Origin: Deltaproteobacteria bacterium
GTDB taxonomy: Bacteria > Desulfobacterota > Syntrophia > Syntrophales > UBA2210
Assembly (NCBI GenBank): GCA_011056825.1
Contig: DSBH01000137.1
Span: forward strand, 1-25,269
Reading direction: 5' to 3'
Length of the DNA: 25,269 nucleotides
The notes under the pieces are model-generated. The model made no database searches, was not told the DNA's origin, and saw nothing but the letters and a program-made list of their open reading frames with translations. Shown one piece after another: positions 8,620-16,800 of the stretch. The position numbers and the translations under genes were made by a program. How positions within the stretch are numbered: position 1 is the stretch's first letter; the number at the start of each line of letters is the position of its first letter.

Positions 8620-8976
8620 TCAGGCATTCCCTTTCCCCGCCGGATTGACATCACCCGTTTCGAGGCTGATCTCGCCGTAACGCTCTTCGTACTGGCGGAT
8701 TACGTTCGACAGGAGCAGGGCCATGCGCTTTGCCGCGAAAGGATTGAGAATGATACGATCGCTCATATCGACTGTCAATTCACGCTGCTCGGGATTCCAG
8801 GTCTTGTTTATCCCGAAAAGAACGGTAAATTCTTCGCGGGTGCTGGACACGTTGCACACGTTGGCGTAGCTGGTTCTCATGTTCGCCACGTCCCACTTGA
8901 TGGTTGTCTTCATGTCTTCCGGACCGACGGTGGCCGTTCCCTGCTTTTCGTCTATGTCTTTTTTCTGTGCTGCCAT
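8620..8976 (-). CDS. DUF3467-family small protein (118 aa)
   Basis: SYANVCNVSSTREEFTVLFG...RIILNPFAAKRMALLL...YEERYGEI is the recognised DUF3467 pattern. RBS GGAGG lies upstream of ATG 8976. Confidence 0.85.
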   Translation of the reverse strand: MAAQKKDIDEKQGTATVGPEDMKTTIKWDVANMRTSYANVCNVSSTREEFTVLFGINKTWNPEQRELTVDMSDRIILNPFAAKRMALLLSNVIRQYEERYGEISLETGDVNPAGKGNA

Positions 8977-9040
8977 GTGTTTGTACCCTCCGTTCCGTGA
9001 GTAAATATCGCGCTGCTTTTCCGCAGCACTGTCGTATCTA

Positions 9041-9067
9041 TTTATACTATTGGTGGTTTCATGTCAA
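9041..9067 (-). promoter_or_regulatory. Candidate sigma70-type promoter for the DUF3467-MFP-M50-SecA-MFP operon
   Basis: Minus strand has TTGACA (9067-9062) and TATAAA (9046-9041) in an AT-rich intergenic gap. The 15-nt spacer is short, so support is partial. Confidence 0.4.
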
Positions 9068-9092
9068 CGAAACCCTCCAGAAAACAATATAT

Positions 9093-9105
9093 TGAGTGTC
9101 ACTCA
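9093..9105. promoter_or_regulatory. Perfect inverted repeat TGAGTG-T-CACTCA, possible regulator binding site
   Basis: 6-bp perfect arms with a 1-nt centre, about 25 nt upstream of the TTGACA box on the minus strand. Confidence 0.35.
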
Positions 9106-9108
9106 GGG

Positions 9109-10170
9109 TCATTTTTCCACGCTTGAGGACGTCGGCTGACCCTCGACGCCGGTCACGAGCAAAAAGGGCATTTCCAAGTTGACTATCCTACTGGAAATAT
9201 TTATAAATCCGTTATCTTCAAGGCAACGGACGTAAAATTCCGGCGTCCGGTAACTGTGAAAGAAAACGAGAAAGGGCAGCAGGGAGTAGCCAGGCGTCCC
9301 GGTGACCGGCGTCGAGGCCCGTTCGAAGATCAACAGCGTGCCGCCTTTTCTGAGCGCTCCGGCTCCTTTTTTTACCAGGTTACGGGCCAGGTGGCCCGGC
9401 CAGTCGTGAAGCGTGGATTTGAAGGTCACCAAGTCGTAGCCCGCCGGTAAATCATCCGCTAGGGCGTTCCCCTTCACGAATCGTATTCTGTCCGCTTCAG
9501 GACTGTCGCCCACGTGGTTCATTCCCACGTCGCAGACCAGCGGCAGGTCGAAAACGTCGGCGCGCAGCTCCGGATGTTCCCGGCACAGGCGGAGGGCGAA
9601 CTCGCCGCTGTTGCCTCCCACATCCAGCATCCTGCCGTACCGCCCGAAATCATGATATTTCATGCAGGCCTGTGATTCGTATTTCGTCAGTACCGTGGTG
9701 ACGCGCATCCACTGTTGCGTCACGCGGCGATTGTCCTCGCTTGAATCGAAGCACCGGTCATAAGCAAAGAGATGGGGGGAACGAGCTTTTTTCATGAACT
9801 CGTCCGGAGACGTTACCAGGTCGGAGAAAAACTCCAGGAAATCATGGGCGGAGAAATTCGACAGGGCGAGTTTCATTTCCATGAGATCGCGGAACCGCAG
9901 GGCATCGATGAATTTGTCTGTCAGTGAAAAAGCGCCGTCGCGGTCCTCCACCACGCCGTTCTCCGCGAGCAGGACCAGCAGAAAAGGCATTCCCCTGCCG
10001 TCCGCGCCCAGGCGCTTCACAAGCTCGTCCACCGTGACCTCACCCGCGCTCCTCAGCATGTCGATGAGACCGATTTCGAACGCAGTGGCCAGGGACCGGG
10101 CGTCGATCATGCGCCGCATGAAATCGTCAACGCACAGATATTCGAACTCCCTGTTGAATGTTTCCCGCAC
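9109..10170 (-). CDS. Class I SAM-dependent O-methyltransferase (Methyltransf_2-like, with N-terminal wHTH dimerisation domain), ~353 aa
   Basis: MLDVGGNSGEF, VFDLP, FVKGNAL, YDLVTFKSTLHDWP and GGTLLIFE motifs. GTG 10170 is preceded by GGAGG (CAGGAGGATTGC-GTG) and is preferred over the track start 10248. Confidence 0.85.
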   Translation of the reverse strand: MRETFNREFEYLCVDDFMRRMIDARSLATAFEIGLIDMLRSAGEVTVDELVKRLGADGRGMPFLLVLLAENGVVEDRDGAFSLTDKFIDALRFRDLMEMKLALSNFSAHDFLEFFSDLVTSPDEFMKKARSPHLFAYDRCFDSSEDNRRVTQQWMRVTTVLTKYESQACMKYHDFGRYGRMLDVGGNSGEFALRLCREHPELRADVFDLPLVCDVGMNHVGDSPEADRIRFVKGNALADDLPAGYDLVTFKSTLHDWPGHLARNLVKKGAGALRKGGTLLIFERASTPVTGTPGYSLLPFLVFFHSYRTPEFYVRCLEDNGFINISSRIVNLEMPFLLVTGVEGQPTSSSVEK

Positions 10171-10231
10171 GCAATCCTCCTGTAAATACGTACCGTGTTC
10201 ATCGCCGTCGTATCGCACGCACCGATGCTTG

Positions 10232-10260
10232 TTGTACATCGGGCGCATACGTATTATACT
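10232..10260. promoter_or_regulatory. Candidate overlapping divergent promoters (kinase on +, methyltransferase on -)
   Basis: Plus strand: TTGTAC (10232-10237), 17 nt, TATACT (10255-10260). Minus strand: perfect TATAAT at 10258-10253 without a well-spaced -35. Confidence 0.4.
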
Positions 10261-10296
10261 GCATTATCACCAACCATCGTGACAAGGAAATAGTTC

Positions 10297-10911
10297 ATGG
10301 GACACATCATCGCCGTTGCGGGGCCGATCGGAAGCGGCAAATCGACCCTCGTGAGAGAAATAGCCCGGGGTCTTGGTAACGCTTCCATACTGCATTACGA
10401 CCGTTATGAACATGCGACGCACCGGACACCCGCCGAGATGATTCAGTGGATGCGGGCGGGCGCCGATTTCAACGACTTCGCCCTTCCCGGTCTCACGCGT
10501 GACCTCTCGAAACTCAAAAACGGCGTTCCTGTCGTTAATTCCGCCGACGGGGAAACCATCGCGGCGGAGCGATTCACCGTGTTCGAGATGCCGCTGGGAC
10601 GGGCCCACCGGCAGGCCGCGTCGTTCATTGACCTGCTCCTGTGGATCGATATCCCCTTCGACATTGCCCTCGCCCGCAAGGCCGGCGAATACGCGAGGCG
10701 CCTCCTGGCGGAAGGCGACGGAACGGGCGGTTTGAATTGGCTCGCGGAATACTTTGGTAATTACCTGTCACTGATACGCCCGCTCATGAAAATCCAGGAA
10801 GAACGTGTCCGACCCGGCGCGGATCTCGTCCTTGACGGCCTTGAAGAACCCCGCGACATGGCCTGTCGGGCGGTCGAGGCAATCGGCGCCCGGTTCGCCA
10901 ACAATACCTAG
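10297..10911 (+). CDS. P-loop kinase, uridine kinase/phosphotransferase-like (204 aa)
   Basis: IIAVAGPIGSGKST Walker A, ILHYDRY, and IDLLLWIDIPFDIALAR lid region. RBS AAGGA at 10284-10288. Substrate unknown. Confidence 0.8.
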   Translation: MGHIIAVAGPIGSGKSTLVREIARGLGNASILHYDRYEHATHRTPAEMIQWMRAGADFNDFALPGLTRDLSKLKNGVPVVNSADGETIAAERFTVFEMPLGRAHRQAASFIDLLLWIDIPFDIALARKAGEYARRLLAEGDGTGGLNWLAEYFGNYLSLIRPLMKIQEERVRPGADLVLDGLEEPRDMACRAVEAIGARFANNT

Positions 10912-11774
10912 AAATTACCGTAATAACCGCTCTTGAGCACGGCAAGCCTGTCGTTTTCCATGCGGTAATCGAATCCCACGTCAAAGAGCAGGTGATCGAG
11001 GCGGAAATACTGTTCCTCCACGAAGGCGACCAGCGGCGCCGGGTAGCGCATCCACCGGAGAAAAAAGAGAAACTGATCGATGGTGATCCCCGAAAAGTAG
11101 ATGCAGTCACTTTGCTGCTTGTTGGCGCAGCAGATGGTCGAGCAATCCCGGAGTTCGGGCCGCAGAACTGCGTCCCGGGGAATTTTCGTTCCGTCGATCC
11201 GGGTGGAACAAAGAATCTTGGCGTCTATTTCATCCATCTGGTCGGCGGGATGAAAGAAAAAATATAAATTTTCCAGCTTCATGCCTTCTTTGGTCTGGGC
11301 GTAGCAGATTCCCGAGGACACGGTGCTGCCTGGATTGCCGATGTAAATGTGCGCGCAATCCAGATCCCGGCCACCGTTGAGCAGCGCGTCGTCCACATCC
11401 AGGGAAAACATGAAGTAGGGAATATTCTCGTCGGGAACAATCCGTGCGCGGACCCGCGGCGCCATTACCTGCAGCACCTTCGAAAGGGACCTCTCCCGCT
11501 CCAGGCGGCGGTAATCGTAAAAATAATATTCCCATCCCATGAAATCTCCGACTTTTTTCACGCCCCACACAGTGTTTCCCGGTCCGATTCCCCGGCGCAG
11601 GTCGTCAACCAGTTCGTGCATAGCGCCGCCCGCCCCCAGGACCTCGAAAGAATTCCGCAGCAGGTTGACGGACCGTAGCTTGCCCGCGGCCGGCACAGGG
11701 GGTTCGTATTCCCAGAGGCAATAATTGTAGAAAACATCCTGTTCTCCGGTGTATTCAAGATCGAAGGATTGCAT
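10908..11774 (-). CDS. Conserved-looking unknown protein (288 aa), possible ABBA/PT-barrel fold
   Basis: ATG 11774 lies 7 nt after the radical SAM stop, with AAGGA upstream, and the sequence is globular and aromatic-rich. The fold idea rests only on five apparent beta-hairpins. The track extension to 11975 overlaps the radical SAM gene. Confidence 0.75.
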   Translation of the reverse strand: MQSFDLEYTGEQDVFYNYCLWEYEPPVPAAGKLRSVNLLRNSFEVLGAGGAMHELVDDLRRGIGPGNTVWGVKKVGDFMGWEYYFYDYRRLERERSLSKVLQVMAPRVRARIVPDENIPYFMFSLDVDDALLNGGRDLDCAHIYIGNPGSTVSSGICYAQTKEGMKLENLYFFFHPADQMDEIDAKILCSTRIDGTKIPRDAVLRPELRDCSTICCANKQQSDCIYFSGITIDQFLFFLRWMRYPAPLVAFVEEQYFRLDHLLFDVGFDYRMENDRLAVLKSGYYGNF

Positions 11775-11781
11775 GGACCCG

Positions 11782-12699
11782 TTATCCTTCCGGCATTTTC
11801 TGTATCGGCCGCAGCCGGTCCTGTTCGTCGCCGTAGGCCGACACGTAAGCGCCGGACAGCCCCCAGCAGGACCAGTCGGCGCACTGTTCACGGTGCGGGC
11901 AATAACCGAACCGGCTTTTTTCGAACTCCCTCCAGAACGCGAGTGGAAGCACCGTTTCGGGAAACCAGCTGTCAAAAACGACTCCCGGCGCGGCGGGCAG
12001 GCAGTGGGGAAACCCCTTCAACACGAGCGGCCGTTGTTCCGGGCCGAGCATGCCGCGCAACCGGGGGACCAGAGAAACAACGCGTTCGAGATCGATCACG
12101 AGGCCGACCCGGTCGTCCGCCCGCATGGGGAAATAATTCCACAGGTGAAACTCGCTGATCTTTTCCGCCGAAAGCACCGCCATGAGCGTTTCCATGTTGT
12201 CGTAGTTTTCCGTGGTGAGAACCGAGTTGCTGATCACGTTGACATCGAAGGCGGCCAGGTTCGCGAGGCCGCGCATTGTTTCGCGCCAAGAACCGGGACG
12301 CCGCGTGATGTTGTCGTGAACGGCCCGTGTTCCGTGAACGCTGACGAAAAATTCGTTGACGCCCGCGTCGACGAGTTTGCGAAGATAGCCCGCGTCCGAC
12401 AGACGCCTGCCGTTGGTCTGTATCTGTATTTTCCGGAACCATCCCAGTGAGGCGGCGTAATCCACGTATCGCTCCAGCTCGCTGAACGTGGTGACTTCCG
12501 CGCCGGAGAGTATGAGGTTTTCATAAAGCCCGTGGTCCTTCACGTCGCGAACCACGTTTCTGAAACTGTCAAAACCGATCGGCGGCAGTTTTTCCCTGAA
12601 TCCCTGAAGCATGCAGAGAGTACAATCATTGTTGCACCCGAACCAAAGGGAAACAACGATATATTTTCGGAGGTCCACCCGTTCGCTCGCCACCGCCAT
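11782..12699 (-). CDS. Radical SAM enzyme (305 aa) with C-terminal Cys cluster
   Basis: CNNDCTLC (Cx3Cx2C), LILSGAEVT, IQIQTNG, FFVSVHG, HDNITRRPGSW, FPHC, and C-terminal CPHREQCADWSC. Confidence 0.92.
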   Translation of the reverse strand: MAVASERVDLRKYIVVSLWFGCNNDCTLCMLQGFREKLPPIGFDSFRNVVRDVKDHGLYENLILSGAEVTTFSELERYVDYAASLGWFRKIQIQTNGRRLSDAGYLRKLVDAGVNEFFVSVHGTRAVHDNITRRPGSWRETMRGLANLAAFDVNVISNSVLTTENYDNMETLMAVLSAEKISEFHLWNYFPMRADDRVGLVIDLERVVSLVPRLRGMLGPEQRPLVLKGFPHCLPAAPGVVFDSWFPETVLPLAFWREFEKSRFGYCPHREQCADWSCWGLSGAYVSAYGDEQDRLRPIQKMPEG

Positions 12700-12705
12700 A
12701 TCCGC

Positions 12706-13818
12706 CTACCGCGAGCTTCCGGCGACGCCGTAGTAAAACGTCAGGAAATCACGTCCTTCCCGGTCCAGGCCGCCCGAGACGTGGCCGAAATAACGTTCCT
12801 TCATGGGCTCGTACAAGCGCTGAAAATCATCCCGCGGCACGCCCCACAAATCGCAGGCATCACTGAGCAACGGATAAAATTCCTTCAGCGCGATGTTCGC
12901 CCGGTACATGTTGATATCAAAAGACAACCGGGGATTGTTTTCCTCAGCCACTTCCAGGTATAAAAATTCGTCCGGCCTCATGGCCGCGGCCGCCTTCTCG
13001 ACAAAACCCCGCACGATATCAAAGGGACCGTTTGACGGACCGGGATAAAACCGCTCGCGCACACGCTTCAATATGTCCTCCGGCGACAGAAGCGGATAAC
13101 AGGTGTACCTGGCCAGGGTGGCTTTCCGGTTGTCCGTCGCATCCCACTTGAATCCCAGGTGCAGGAGAAAAGATTCGGGAATATCGTACGAGCCCGGTTC
13201 TTTTTCATCGAACATGGACCCGAACTCGAGATAGGCCTTATAAACACCGCTCCCCTCCACGCCTTCATAACCGAAAAGCAGGATGTTGGCCTCATCCAGG
13301 TGTTCACGGAAAATCTTCTGAAAACGCGGCGGCATATCCAGAACGCGCAGGACGGGCAGGAGTTCTTCTGACGCGTCACCGCCGAGTTCGTCCCGGTTGA
13401 ATCCCAGGAGAACCCGGTCGCCGCATATGGTTTCGGGGATAATCTTGAACGAATGTTCCAGGCCGTAATGAACGCCGAGGGCATCCAGGAGCATGATGAG
13501 ACGATCCGCGCCCGTCACCCGGGCCGCAGACGCGCAAGCGGCATCAATGTTCCGGCCGTTTCCACGCCGCCGTCCGCCGTCATAAAGATCAATAATGCCG
13601 TAGTCAGATTCGTGACGCGCGATCGCGTCCCGCAGAACCTGTAAAAACCGCTTCGCCGCGGACGGGGTGAGAATAATCCTGGCCGCCGAATCAACGAGAG
13701 TCCGGTCGCTCTTTTCTGAATCCGGATCGGCGGCGCCGAAGATAAGAGAGATTTCCTCCCTGGTTTCCAGTATCCGGGTATCCCGGGCGTGCATTTCTCT
13801 GGGAGCGGAGATCCTCAC
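12706..13818 (-). CDS. DUF3467 domain fused to a LynF/PagF-like (ABBA) prenyltransferase-like domain, 370 aa
   Basis: aa 1-77 align by eye with 8620..8976 (TREEISLIFG/TREEFTVLFG; RIILTPSAAKRF/RIILNPFAAKRM; HESDYGII/YEERYGEI). The C-domain has LEHSFKI...DRVLLGF, YKAYLEF and FLTFYY, resembling cyanobactin F enzymes as recalled. The start (GTG 13818) is uncertain. Confidence 0.7.
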   Translation of the reverse strand: MRISAPREMHARDTRILETREEISLIFGAADPDSEKSDRTLVDSAARIILTPSAAKRFLQVLRDAIARHESDYGIIDLYDGGRRRGNGRNIDAACASAARVTGADRLIMLLDALGVHYGLEHSFKIIPETICGDRVLLGFNRDELGGDASEELLPVLRVLDMPPRFQKIFREHLDEANILLFGYEGVEGSGVYKAYLEFGSMFDEKEPGSYDIPESFLLHLGFKWDATDNRKATLARYTCYPLLSPEDILKRVRERFYPGPSNGPFDIVRGFVEKAAAAMRPDEFLYLEVAEENNPRLSFDINMYRANIALKEFYPLLSDACDLWGVPRDDFQRLYEPMKERYFGHVSGGLDREGRDFLTFYYGVAGSSR

Positions 13819-13889
13819 GAAGGCCCCGCCCCCGCGATTCTTCCATGTCCGCGCAGCCTCCCGCTGTTATTCCGCGAGTTATTCATGGT

Positions 13890-16800
13890 TCAGAGCCCCA
13901 CGCTCGTCCACCGTTTAAATCTCTTCTTGTCCTGGCGGGCCGCCAGCTCCCTGAATGATTCACGGTCTATGACGCCCGTTGCTGCGCGCGTGCCCAATGA
14001 ACCTCCGGCAAGTACTTTCCAGCCCATCATACTCGCAACCGCCGCTGTCCCGGCATCCGCTGAACCGCCTTCTCCATTTCCCTCTTCCTCTTCGTCGGAC
14101 GATTCGTCCTCTTCCGTCCCTTCGTTCGTTTCGCCACCGGAGTTTCCGGCACCTTCGGGAGCTTCACCGGCGTGAGAGGTATTTTCCTCCGTCGCCTCTT
14201 CTTCTATGGGCGGTTCCTCTCCCGGAGGCGTCTCGGATTCCGGAATGGAGGGCTCACCTTCGCCCGCGGACGGCGCCTGCGACAATCCGTGGTGATCCCG
14301 GGGCTGATCTGTTTGTTCATCGCCGGTACCGGCCAGCCCGTAACTGCCTTTGTGTCCCGCAAGATTTATTCCCGCCCCGGAAACACCCCATTCCTGGAAA
14401 CTCCCGAATAACCACCCTTCATCCGCAAATTCCCGGTCGCCGACTGTTTCTACTTCCGGTATCTCACCGATGTCTTTCCCGCCTTCCAGCTCCGTCATGA
14501 CATTGGCGATGAGGCTGGTGGTATCGAGCCTTATTACGGAAGTCACCTTGCTCGCATCAGGCGTGAAGGTCACTCGGCCATAGGTGTCGATCATGATGTC
14601 TTCCGAGAGGCTTCCGGCGAAGATGTTGTTGCCCGCGCCACCCATCATCACGTCGTTGCCCGCGCCACCGTCCATAAAATCATCGCCGCCGATGAAATAG
14701 TCGGTGGCTTCGAGCGTGTGCCAGACACCATTCAGGAGGGTAACCTCGCCGCTGTCGCCGAAGATGGCGTCGCGCCCGGAACCGCCGTATATGAAATCGC
14801 CTTTTGTACCGCCGATCAGAATATTTGTGTCGGCGGTCGTTTCGAGTGTGTCAACCCCGCCCACATCAGGCCATGTGCTGTAAACCGTCTCGGGGAGCCC
14901 GTCTTCGTCGTATTCCACAACGCCGTTGTCGCCGATAAGGATGTCGCTGCCGGTCCCCGTTATAATTTTGTCTGACCCGAAACCGCCGACAATATACTTC
15001 ATGCCGTTGCCGGTCGTGATCGTGTCATCACCGCCCTCGAGGGGAAGTGTCGATTCGATCAGTGAAAGTTCGAGACCACCCACCGGACCGGCGTATTCAA
15101 CACGACCGTTGTCGCCGAAGATCACTTCCGTTCCGTCGTGCGTGGTGATCTCGTCGGAACCCATGCCGCCGAAAATGACGCCGTCACCGCTGCCCAGGGT
15201 GATCGTGTCGTCGCCGCCGTACTCGGGATGGTCAACCGTGTCGGTCGTCTCGAGCACTTTCGGGGCGCCGTCCGTGTCATAGTTCACCCGGCCGTTGTCG
15301 CCCATGACCACGTGGTCGCCCACGCCCGCCGTGATGATATCGGCACCGAATCCGCCCACGATGTACTTCTCACCGTCGCCCGTTTCGATGGTGTCGTTGC
15401 CGCCCCGCGACAGTACCGTCGACTCGATCAGCGAAAGCTCGAGACCACCCACCGGACCGGCGTATTCAACACGACCGTTGTCGCCGAGAATAACGTCCGT
15501 CGTTCCGATCGTCGTGGCAGTTGTACTGATCGTGTCACTGCCCATGCCGCCCAGAATATGGTTGTTCCCGTCGCCGGTGATGGTGATCGTATCATCGTCA
15601 CCATAGGCCGAGTCGATTTCAGTGTCGGTCGTCTCGAGCACTTTCAGGGCGCCATCCGTGTCATAATCCACCCGGCCGTTGTCGCCGAAGACCACGTGGT
15701 CGCCGGTACCGGCCGTGATTGCGTCAATACCGAATCCACCGATGATGGTTTCATTGCCGTCGCCCGCGCTGATCGTGTCAATGCCGCCGACCGCCGGATC
15801 GATCGTCAAAACATTCGAAGGCGTGCGGTCAACGCCGTCGGTCCGGTCTTCCGTGCGGACACCGTGGCTCACCGAAAATACCGGGTATCCGCCTGCATTG
15901 GTTATAACAAGGTGGATGCCATCGGCTGCGACCGAATAATGTTCGATACCCTGCGCCGCGAGGTCATCGTTCAACAGGAATGCAAGTTGCCCCGCGATAC
16001 TTTCAACAGTCTCGACCTGGTCATCGGCAACCGTATATTCCGCCGTCGCTATCACTTCCCCTGTTTCGTCGTGTATCTCGATCGACCAGGTTTCGCCGTT
16101 TTCGGCGCCGCCCTCCAGGCGTATTACTCTCGAAATTGACAGCGGATCAGTTTCCGCTGAAAAATCCCACGAAGATGTTACTTCGATGGTATCGCCGACC
16201 ACCGGGGCGCCGTTCCCCAGAGAGGTCACGACGTCGCCGGTGTCATCACGATAATAGACCCGGCCGCGGTCCCCGAAGATGATGTCATCGCCGCTGCCGC
16301 CGTCGATTTCGTCCATTCCCGCCCCGCCGAATATCACGAGAGGCAGGCTCGACGCGGACCCGTCCACGGTATCGTCTCCCGCCTGAGTGTTGACCGCGAA
16401 GAAACCGTCCGTCGCTGCATTGAGGGAAACCGTAACATCATCGTCACCGTCGTTGGTGTTCAACGTTGTTATGGTCCTCACGCCGTCGGTCCGGTGGGTA
16501 CTGTCAACCGTTATGGTATCCCCGGCCGTACCGCTCCAGATCGTGATGCCACCTGCCATGTTACCGCCGGTGCTCTGATAATTGATGTCCGCCGGGGCCA
16601 GGCCGATGATGGCGGCGTTGGTAATAGTGGCCGTATCCGCAACCGTGTCGCCGGAGCCGTCCACGTTCAGGGTGTTCGACCCCCCCATCGTATCGACACT
16701 CAATTCACCCAGAATATCGTCCAGGGACCGTTCCGGGTTATACACATTTATACTATCATTCCCGTTTCCGGTGGTGACACTGGTTGGGGTTCCGAACGCC

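Noticed and set aside
10297-10911. Calling the kinase udk and linking it to thyX pyrimidine metabolism
   Set aside because: Only the general P-loop fold is recognisable. It lies 9.6 kb from thyX, inside the accessory locus.
2484-11975. Longer track starts at 2597 (MFP), 10248 (methyltransferase) and 11975 (unknown protein)
   Set aside because: They overlap upstream genes or the promoter region, and internal starts at 2483, 10170 and 11774 have RBSs and operon-like spacing.
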